A DNA stretch of 34,738 bases. It comes from Cyanophyceae cyanobacterium. GTDB taxonomy: Bacteria > Cyanobacteriota > Cyanobacteriia > Cyanobacteriales > JBHJGN01. Positions 1 through 7,921 of this stretch are shown in pieces; the first letter of the stretch is position 1; each line of letters starts with the position of its first letter. The stretch lies in the NCBI GenBank assembly GCA_050331735.1, contig JBHJGN010000065.1, positions 1-34,738 of the forward strand, given 5' to 3'. The translations under genes were made by a program, and so were the position numbers. A model generated the notes under the pieces. The model saw only the letters and a program-made list of their open reading frames with translations, was not told where the DNA came from and did no database searches.

Positions 1-145
1 GAAGTCAAAGAAGTCCCTTAAAGCGAGGAAGCCACAGTTTCACAACTATCATCAAGCTAGAAAAAGGTATGCTATCAAGCATCTCAAGATAAGTAGGCAG
101 CGTAAAGACCATGCGGTGAAACTAGCAAGGTGCGTCGTCACCTAG
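1..145 (+). pseudogene. tnpB: Internal fragment of an IS200/IS605-family TnpB, truncated
   Basis: Frame from nt 2 reads ...PQFHNYHQARKRYAIKHLKISRQRKDHAVKLARCVVT*, which resembles the cyanobacterial TnpB segment just before 'NDLVAYEDL'. It ends at TAG 143-145. Not in the ORF track. Confidence 0.75.
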
Positions 146-251
146 AACCCACATTCCGCAGGTAAATCAAGAAAGGAGATAATATCGGCGGCAAGGAGAA
201 CCGAGAAACTGAAGAATATGGCTTCGCTCGGAAGTAAGATTACTAATTTGT

Positions 252-937
252 TTAAGGTGGCTGGGACTCTTGAGAGCCATCTGAGAAACTGCATTTGTTG
301 GCGATTCTCTTGAGTGTCAAGAGCGGCATCGGCGACAAAAAGGGCATCAACATCCCACTGTTGCCGAAACTCTTTGAAGAGCTGGGCAAAAACAGCACGT
401 TCTGATTCATTGCCATCGGCTACCCGCAGATACAAGGGCACATCCCCGTCTGCGCTACACATCAAATCGACGATAAATTGTTTCAAGTCGGGTCGATGAT
501 CTCTTGAATAACCATAGGTAATTTGAATCGCTTTTGATTGAGTTTCTGCTGAACGGACGACTCGCGCACCGGAACCAAGTTCCGGTGTCGCGTCCTCCTC
601 TTCATCGTCAGCGGATTCTCCATCGACATGAAATGAACTTGAATCGAGATGTACACTCTTCGTTTCTACGCCTAGCTTTTGAGCCGCAGCGAGGGCGACT
701 GCTACGAAGACGCGGGTTAATCCGGCTTCAAACAGTTTGTCTAATACTCTTCCCAGACAGTCATCGTTTAGATGCTCTGGATGGATTCCTTCCCCTAATA
801 AATGTTCGGTAGCTTTGCCGCTGAAAAATCGACTGAATAAGTAGAGTGGCGCACTGACCATCCCTCATCCATTGATAATCATCGCTTTGATTGCTTGACC
901 AGGAGTGACAATTTGATGATGATGCACTCCTAAGCAT
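252..937 (-). mobile_element. IS1634-family transposase remnant, truncated at both ends, with internal stop
   Basis: Motifs LGVHHHQIVTPGQAIKAMIING*GMVSAPLYLF, HLNDD.LGRVLDKL, HLDSSSFHV, ITYGYSRDHRPDLKQF, FVADAAL and WLSRVPATL. TGA at 865-867 interrupts the frame. Similarity is lost near 252 and near 937. Confidence 0.88.
553..597 (+). repeat. 43-45 bp hairpin element, copy 1 (in-frame insert in the IS1634 transposase)
   Basis: acggacgactcgcgCACCGGAACcaaGTTCCGGTGtcgcgtcc (553-595), collinear with 2561-2603. It encodes about 15 extra residues (DATPELGSGARVVRS) on the minus strand. Confidence 0.85.
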
Positions 938-1649
938 CGCCTCGTGCAGCGTTTACTGGGGCGATTTCGGACGCAGGGCTTTATCCATGACGAGCTAAGT
1001 CGGGCTTGCGTCTGCCGCACCACCGATGCTGTGCTCAAGGTGCTGGTTTTTGGGCGACTGTCCCTGTACGCTGAGGGAGCTAGTCGGTTACACGACGAGG
1101 TGTTGTGCGTCGCGGCGGAGTGGCGCGAGCCAGAACTTCGTGCGGGAGGGACATTACGACCCTTAGAGGCTGCTGCCGAGTCAAAGGCGATCGCCGCGTT
1201 GAATGCAGCCCTAGTTACGCCGCGCTTGCAGGTTAGCGAGGGCGATCCGCTAATAGCCAAGCTCAAAGCTGGCGTGACGATAGACATTACCGATTTATTG
1301 CCTCACTTGGAGGCGAAATCTCAAGAGCGCCAAGAAACGGCTGAACAAGACCTCAAGGAACGAGGGAAACGGGAGGCTGACAGGTATGCGCGAGTTACTC
1401 AAGCGTCAGCGCAAGCGCATCGCCGAGCAGTATCACGGGCAGGATTTGAAGGTTGTGCAGCTCGAACTCAACCTCAATGATAAGGAGTCTCGCCAGGTGG
1501 AAGCTGATCGCCGTTACTGGGAACGCCGTCTCGATCAGCTCGAAACCGAAATTGAAACAGAACCAGAGCGCATTCGTCAGATGTATGCCGTGAAAGCGAG
1601 TCGGATAGAGCCAATCGGTGTTGCTTATCTTTGGCCGATTAGTTTTTAG
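935..1649 (+). pseudogene. drmD: C-terminal part of a DISARM DrmD-like SNF2 helicase, 5'-truncated and frameshifted
   Basis: HRLVQRLLGRF..QGF.HDELSRAC, FGRLSLY..GASRLHDE, then after a frameshift near 1380-1386 MRELLKRQRKRI...EPERIRQMYAVKASRIEPIGVAYLWP. It lies directly upstream of the methyltransferase, as in class 1 DISARM. Confidence 0.8.
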
Positions 1650-1958
1650 TTTTTATTTCTTAGTTCGATCAACTCGTTAGAGCCTGAATCCAGAGTTTGT
1701 CTTACTCACAGGTTAGTCAATCTGAACACTACACCCTAACCCCTGTCCCTTATGTCTATTGATCGCTCCCATCAGTATCTTTTGCAGCAGCACCGCGACT
1801 GGCTCGGTGAAATTCAGCCTGTTGGTCTTGTCGTCGCTCCGATCGCCCTCGCCAATGCAGGAGTTCAGCTTGAGCGCGCTCGCACTCTCGTCGAAGCGCA
1901 GGCGACTTTGCGGGAGTTCGTTACAACAGAGGTACGGGGAGGAATTGCTGACGACCAA

Positions 1959-1979
1959 ACGGACAACTCACGGTACGGA
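1959..1979 (+). repeat. Half copy of the 43-45 bp hairpin element at a frameshift/deletion junction
   Basis: acggacaactcacggtacgga matches the first 21 nt of copies 1 and 2 (acggacRRctcRcg..ccgga), then switches abruptly to methyltransferase coding sequence. Confidence 0.65.
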
Positions 1980-2560
1980 TTTGTTAGAGCCAGAGGCAGA
2001 ACTGCGAGTATCTCTACCAGAGTATGGCGAGACGCTGGAGCCAACTTATGTAGTAATGAATTCTTTACAGACACGGGAAACGCCCTTGCTGTTGGTCAAA
2101 GTAGAGCCTGTGGGGACGAATCTGGAGCGCAAATCTAATCATGAGGGTTGGTCAGCAACGCCTCAAGAGAAATTTGAGCGACTGCTGCGGGAAACGGGAG
2201 TGGATATTGGTTTGTTGTTCAATGGGGCAGAATTGCGGTTGGTGTATGCTCCACGAGGCGAGGCTTCTGGGTATCTAACTTTTGAGATCGCAGCAATGAC
2301 GGAAGTGGCGGGGCGATCGCTGCTGGGGGCGATGCTAATATTGCTCAATGGGGAATCGTTGTTTATCCAAAATCCTGAGTTTGCTGCTAAACGCCTGCCG
2401 AAGCTATTAGTTGATAGCCGACAGGCGCAAAATACGGTCACGGAGCAGCTATCAGAACAGGTATTGGATGCGCTATGGGAACTGTTGCGCGGGATTCAGT
2501 CTGCGGACGCAGATGTAAAGGGGCAAGTGCTAGGGGATTTAGGAACGACTGACCCGCAGC

Positions 2561-2605
2561 ACGGACAGCTCACGTGCCGGAACCAAGTTCCGGCACCGTG
2601 TCCTT
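2561..2605 (+). repeat. 43-45 bp hairpin element, copy 2 (in-frame insert in the methyltransferase)
   Basis: acggacagctcacGTGCCGGAACcaaGTTCCGGCACcgtgtcc. Removing the 45 bp 2561-2605 restores gac ccg cag cat att tat ggg = DPQHIYG. Confidence 0.88.
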
Positions 2606-2922
2606 ATATTTATGGGGGCTTGGTAACGGCGCTGATGCGGCTGGTGTTTTTACTCTACGCTGAGGAGCGCAACGTCATGCCGAATGATGACCTCTATCAG
2701 CGCAATTATTCGGTAGTGGGGCTGTACGAGAAGCTGCGTCAGGATGCGGGCAATCATCCCGATACGATAGATCGGCGCTACGGCGCTTGGGCGTCGCTGT
2801 TAAGCTTGTTTCGCTTGGTTTATGACGGCGGCGGGGCGACTCCTGATTATCTCCCGGCGCGGGACGGGCAGTTGTTCGACCCGGACGAGTACCCGTTTTT
2901 GGAAGGGCGAAAGCAGAGCGAT

Positions 2923-2949
2923 AACCCCTTCGGGGATGGCTTCGCTTAC
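2923..2949. repeat. 27 bp SDR-like insert splitting a HIP1 site
   Basis: GCGAT|aaccccttcggggatggcttcgcttac|CGC. Excision restores GCGATCGC and keeps the frame. It contains two TTCG-loop mini-hairpins. Confidence 0.7.
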
Positions 2950-5798
2950 CGCTACTGTAAATGCGGTGAGGACGGCAAGCCAATCTTAAGCGATCGCGGC
3001 GAACGGATTCCGATTCCGGTGGAGAATGCCCCCCGCGTCCCGGACGGGAAAGTGTTCCGGGTTCTCGATCGCCTGTTGATAGTGAACGGCGAACGGCTGA
3101 CCTATCGGGCGCTGGACGTGGAGCATATTGGCTCGGTGTACGAAGGCATTATGGGGGATGAGGTGGAACGGGCGGCAGCGCTATCAATTGCGGTGACGAG
3201 TAAGCCCAGTGGCTCAAAGGTGTCGGTTCCGGTAGTGGTGAATTTAGAGGCATTACTGGCAGCACAGCCTGGGAAGCGCAAGCAGTTACTAAAAGACTGG
3301 GCAAACTGCGAGATTTCGGCGGGGATTAATAAAGAACTCAAAGCAGCCACTTCTATTGATGAGATAGTGGCGGCGTTGGGTCGCAAGGTATCTCCGAAAA
3401 CGCCTAACCCGCTACCGCCAGGAGCGCTCTATCTCCAGCCAGGGGAGGAACGGCGAAGCTGCGCCCAATTTGGAAACGGCTAGGGGAAAATCCGACGGCA
3501 GAGCAGATTTTAGAGTTGAAGGTGTGCGATTTGGCAATGGGCAGCGGCGCATTTTTGGTAGAAGCCTGTCGTCAGATTGCCGATCGCCTGCTGGAGAGTT
3601 GGGAGAGGTATGGATGCGATATAGATGAAACCGTCGATCGCGTATTGGCAGCGCGGCGGTTAGTGGCACAGCGCTGTTTGTACGGGGTGGATAAAAACCC
3701 GTTTGCGGTCAATTTGGCAAAGCTGTCGCTGTGGTTGTTTACCTTAGCAAAGGAGCGTCCGTTTACGTTTCTCGACCACGCGCTCAAGTGTGGGGATTCC
3801 TTGGTAGGGCTGACTCGTAAAGAAATTGGCTCGTTCGCCCCCGATCCGATCGCAGAGTTACCCTTGATGGCGCTGCTGAAAGCACAGGTCGATCGGGCAA
3901 AGTCCGGCACGAACAGAAATTCAGGCGGCAGATGTGGCAACAGATGCGGATGATACGAGAAAGCGATCACAACTACGAGAGGCGGAGGCGGAGATAGAAT
4001 CGGCGCGGTTGCTGGCAGATGTGCAGATCGCCGCGTTTTTTGAGGGAGGGACGACGGCAACGCAGCGCAATGAGAAACGCAAAGAGTTTGCCGAGTTGGT
4101 ACAGTTACAGCGAAATTCTGGGGATACTTCCGGGCTGGAGGCGATATCGAAGCGGTTACGCAGTGGCGATCGCACCGTTATGCCTTTCAACTGGGAAGTG
4201 GAGTTTCCAGAAGTGTTTGACCGCGAAAATCCTGGGTTTGATGCCATTGTCGGCAATCCACCCTTTGCTGGGAAAAATACGATTACAGCAGGTAATGCTG
4301 AGGGATATTTGCACTATCTCAAAGAAAGCTATCCTGAGTCTCATGGTAACTCCGATTTAGTCGCTTATTTCTTCCGTCGTGCGTTTAATTTATCGCGGCA
4401 GTCGGGAACGTTGGGCTTAATTGCGACAAACACCATTGCTCAAGGCGATACGCGATCGACGGGGTTACGCTACATCTGCAAGCAGGGAGGCACGATTTAC
4501 AACGCCAAAAAGCGCCAGAAATGGACTGGACTCGCGGCAGTTGTGGTCAGTGTTTTGCAAATTGTCAAAGGTGAGTATTCAGGGAAAAAGACGTTAGACG
4601 ATCGCCCAGTAGATTATATTTCGGCGTTTCTGTTTAATTCCCAGAACAATGACGATCCGAAAACTTTAATTGCTAATGCGGGGAAAAGTTTCATTGGTAG
4701 CTATGTCCTTGGCATGGGTTTCACGTTCGATGATTCCAACCCAGACGCGACACCGATTGCAGAAATGCACCGTTTGATTGAAAAAGATCCGCGAAATAAA
4801 GAAAGAATTTTTCCCTACATTGGCGGTGAGGAAGTTAACAGTAGCCCGACTCACGCACATCATCGCTACGTAATTAACTTTGGCGAGATGAGTGAAGATG
4901 AGGCGCGAAAGTGGGCTGATTTAATGGCGATCGTTGAAGAGAAAGTAAAGCCACAGAGGCTAAGACAAAATCGTGAAATTCGTAAGCGTTATTGGTGGCG
5001 ATTTGGAGAACCTACACCAGCTTTGTTTAAAGCGATCGCCCATTGCGATCGAGTTTTAGTCTGTACTTTACACGCTCCTTATCTCTCGTTTACCTTTTTA
5101 CCTGCTAACAGCGTCTTTTCCCATGCGTTAGCTATTTTCCCCCTCGAAACTAATTCAGCCTTTGTCCTACTCCAATCCAGTCCTCACGAACTTTGGGCAC
5201 GATTCCTCGGCTCATCCATGAAAGATGACTTGCGCTACACTCCCTCATCTTGCTTTGAAACCTTCCCCTTCCCCAAAAACTGGGAAGACAACACCGATCT
5301 TGAAGCGATAGGAGAAACCTACTACGAATTCCGCGCCGACCTGATGGTTAAAAACAATGAAGGACTCACCGCTACCTATAACCGCTTCCACGATCCTGCC
5401 GAAACCGATCCCGAAATCCTGACCCTGCGCGATCTCCACAGCAAAATGGATGATGCCGTCCTCGCCGCCTACGGATGGCAAGACCTCGACACCACTTGCG
5501 GATTTGCCCTCGACTACCTCGACCTTGACGAAGAAGCGATCCAACAGCTTCCCACCGAACTCCAAGTCCGTATTTACACTAATGACCTTTGGTTCCCCAA
5601 CCCTACCGAAGCCGTCTATTTTGATGTGACGGTTAGACAAACTACTAGCAGCAGACGCAAACTTCCCTGGCGCTACCGTTGGACTGACGAAACCCGCGAC
5701 ATCATTCTTGCTAAGCTATTGGATCTCAATCAGCAGCGCTACGAGGAAGAATTGCGGGGAATTAGTTCTTAGCTAAAATTTAGTTCAATTAATTGGTG

Positions 5799-5825
5799 TG
5801 ACACTATTATGTCATAATGGTGTCA
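5799..5825. promoter_or_regulatory. Inverted repeat, putative TA operator overlapping a -10-like element
   Basis: TGACACTATTATG-t-CATAATGGTGTCA (13 bp arms, 1 mismatch) directly upstream of the AGGAGG RBS of the antitoxin. Confidence 0.6.
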
Positions 5826-5841
5826 TGACGAGGAGGAAGTG

Positions 5842-6129
5842 ATGAAATTTATTACAGCTAGAGAGATCCGGCAGCTAAACAGCAAGGTTTGGTCTGAAGA
5901 CCAGAGAGAGCCGGTTGTTTATGCCCCTAACGGGAAACCGGAAGCGCTAATTTATCCAGTGGATGAAGACAATTTCGACCTTATCTTAAGAGCCACAAGA
6001 AAAGCCGTGGCGATCGCCTCAGTTCAAGCCATGCAGGAGCAGTCGTTGAAGCAGGGAACGGATCAGTTGACGAACCAAGAAATTGAGGCTGAAATTCAGG
6101 CTGTACGGCGCGATCGCGAGTCATCTTGA
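5842..6129 (+). CDS. Phd/YefM-like antitoxin
   Basis: MKFITAREIRQLNSKVW...EPVVYAPNGKPEALI resembles a Phd N-terminus. AGGAGG RBS. Overlaps the PIN gene by 4 nt (TTGA). Confidence 0.75.
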   Translation: MKFITAREIRQLNSKVWSEDQREPVVYAPNGKPEALIYPVDEDNFDLILRATRKAVAIASVQAMQEQSLKQGTDQLTNQEIEAEIQAVRRDRESS

Positions 6130-6527
6130 AAATTGTGCTCGACACCAATATCCTTGTCTCTGCCCTACTCAATGCTAGGTCAGTGCCAGCACAGGTGTTC
6201 AATTTGGTGCAAAACGACCAAGTTCAGGCTTATAGTGACGTGAGGATTTTGGATGAATACAGGAGCGTACTTTTACGTCCAAAATTTGGTTTCGCTCGAT
6301 CGCTTGTCGATGGAGCCTTGTTTCACTTTGAGGAGTTCATCGTGTCTCCACCCCCTCTCACTGAATCTTTGCCAGACGAAGACGATCATCCTTTTTTAGA
6401 AGTAGCTCTTCACGTTGAGGCGGGTTATCTAGTGACGGGTAATCTTGCCCACTTCCCGAAAGAGAAATGCGCTCCAGTTAAGCCGATTAGCCCAAGAGAG
6501 TTCTTAGACATTTTCAGAAATAGTTGA
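6126..6527 (+). CDS. PIN-domain (PIN_3/VapC-like) toxin
   Basis: IVLDTNILVSAL, ILDEY, DEDDHPFLEVA and LVTGNLAHF show the acidic PIN motifs. Confidence 0.9.
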   Translation: MKIVLDTNILVSALLNARSVPAQVFNLVQNDQVQAYSDVRILDEYRSVLLRPKFGFARSLVDGALFHFEEFIVSPPPLTESLPDEDDHPFLEVALHVEAGYLVTGNLAHFPKEKCAPVKPISPREFLDIFRNS

Positions 6528-6575
6528 AATCTTCAAGATGCTAAACTCTCTAAACCAAAAAACTAAGAACTAACA

Positions 6576-6893
6576 ATGTCTCCCCTTGAAACCCTTACAA
6601 CTAAACAAAATCGTCTGGCTGAATTTTGCCAAAAATGGCAAATCGTTCAACTCGCCTGTTTTGGTTCCGTCCTTCGTGACGACTTTCGACCAGATAGCGA
6701 CATCGATCTGCTTGTCGATTTTGCTCCGAGGGCAAATCTTGGTCTGCTTGACTTCATTCGACTTGAAAACGAACTGTCTGCACTTCTCGGTCGCCCCGTA
6801 GATCTGGTCGAAAAGAGTGCTGTTGAAACCAGTCCTAATTGGATACGCCGCACTGAAATTCTCAACACTGCCCAAGTCATTTATGCTACGTGA
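6576..6893 (+). CDS. Minimal nucleotidyltransferase (MNT) antitoxin
   Basis: FGSVLRDDFRPDSDIDLLV (GSX10DXD) and GRPVDLV. Confidence 0.92.
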   Translation: MSPLETLTTKQNRLAEFCQKWQIVQLACFGSVLRDDFRPDSDIDLLVDFAPRANLGLLDFIRLENELSALLGRPVDLVEKSAVETSPNWIRRTEILNTAQVIYAT

Positions 6894-7227
6894 CGAAGCT
6901 ACCTTACTGGACATTGATCGCTATGCTCGCGCTATTCTTAGCTTTACCGAAAATCTCGATCGCAAGAGCTTTGATAATGACCCAAAAACTCAAGCCGCTG
7001 TCTTGTACAACCTTTCTATAATTGGCGAAGCCGTCAAACGTCTATCCCCTAGCTTCTGCGAACAACACCCAACTATTCCTTGGTCTGATATTGCCAAAAT
7101 GCGGGACAAAGTTATTCACCATTACGACCGCATCAAACTTGATATCATCTGGAACACGATTTATCAGGACATTCCTAGCCTCATTGCCGCTATTTCTCCC
7201 CTACTGCCTGACGATCCCTCAATCTAG
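6883..7227 (+). CDS. HEPN/DUF86 RNase toxin
   Basis: ATG at 6883 overlaps the MNT end. IIGEAVKRLS and IPWSDIAKMRDKVIHHY (RX4HXY). Confidence 0.92.
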   Translation: MLRDEATLLDIDRYARAILSFTENLDRKSFDNDPKTQAAVLYNLSIIGEAVKRLSPSFCEQHPTIPWSDIAKMRDKVIHHYDRIKLDIIWNTIYQDIPSLIAAISPLLPDDPSI

Positions 7228-7388
7228 ATAGTCTGTTCAAACCCAACAAAGTCAAATTTAGCGATCACATAACTGCGTAGCACTCCGGTACTCAGGCATA
7301 ATATTATCGGCTACCAATGTAATGCTGTTTCCTGAAAGTTCAAAGCGGAAAGCTCTCCTAAACTGGCGCAAATGCAAGGAATATTGCT

Positions 7389-7592
7389 ATGAAAGCGGTT
7401 ATCTCTCGGAAGTTGTCTATTGTACTCGCTAGCGAAACTGGTCGTCGCCAGCTTGGGTCAATGCTTGCCAGGGGAGAGTATGGCGGAACGGTCAAGGCTG
7501 ACGGTAAAACCTACCGAGTTGTTGCTTTAAGAGGCACGCATCGGCGGACTAAAAGAGTGTTTCCTGTAGAGTTTGCAAAGAAAGAAAACTAA
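7389..7592 (+). CDS. Small basic hypothetical protein (67 aa)
   Basis: ATG preceded by AAGGA, on the same strand as the island genes. No recognised motif. Confidence 0.5.
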   Translation: MKAVISRKLSIVLASETGRRQLGSMLARGEYGGTVKADGKTYRVVALRGTHRRTKRVFPVEFAKKEN

Positions 7593-7815
7593 GCTTCAGC
7601 ATTACACAGTTGAGGGACAGTGTTTTGTTGTTCGATATAGCTCCGTTAAAACCCTTAATATTGAATACTTTGAAATAGAAGAAGCTTGATTTAGACTGCC
7701 TAAAATATCTGTGAATCATCTCAGGACTAGCAGTTAAGATATTTTGCCAGCGAACATTCGGTAATTTTTCGGTTGAGGATTGCCAATCTGGGGAATAAAA
7801 TGGCTGGCTACTAGC

Positions 7816-7860
7816 GAGGACGCGGGGGGCGAAGTGAGTTCGTCCCCTTCAGTCGTTCGT
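7816..7860 (-). repeat. 43-45 bp hairpin element, copy 3 (inverted, diverged inner stem)
   Basis: gaggacgcg-GGGGGCGAA-gtgag-TTCGTCCCC-ttc-agtcgttcgt. Same length and nearly the same termini as the reverse complement of copy 1 (gaggacgcg-acaccggaa-cttgg-ttccggtgc-gcg-agtcgtccgt). Confidence 0.75.
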
Positions 7861-7921
7861 TTGGCAGGGAAGCCACCAGCTAAAAGCTGCAATACTGCCG
7901 CTATCTCTCTCCTACTGCCCA

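Larger units (their letters stand above)
1752..5772 (+). pseudogene. drmMI: DISARM DrmMI-like / type IIG-like N6-adenine DNA methyltransferase, in four frame-shifted pieces
   Basis: Start MSIDRS...HRDWLGEIQPVGLVV (1752), then LMRLVFLLYAE, YRALDVEHIGSVYEG, motif I CDLAMGSGAFL (~3523) and motif IV GNPPF (4252-4266). Frame changes near 1975, 3459 and 3906. Confidence 0.88.

Noticed and set aside
865..1287. 140 aa minus-strand ORF
   Set aside because: Antisense to drmD. Only its last ~22 codons are real transposase sequence.
553..2603. Palindromic repeats as a possible CRISPR array
   Set aside because: The copies are kilobases apart, inside genes and in both orientations, with no regular spacers or cas genes.
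1380..3910. Programmed frameshifting at the drmD and drmMI breaks
   Set aside because: No slippery runs at the junctions, and the accompanying deletions point to decay.
3572..5640. Antisense and alternate-frame ORFs over the methyltransferase (similar ones occur over the RND and P450 genes)
   Set aside because: Shadow ORFs with no motifs, fully overlapping well-supported genes.
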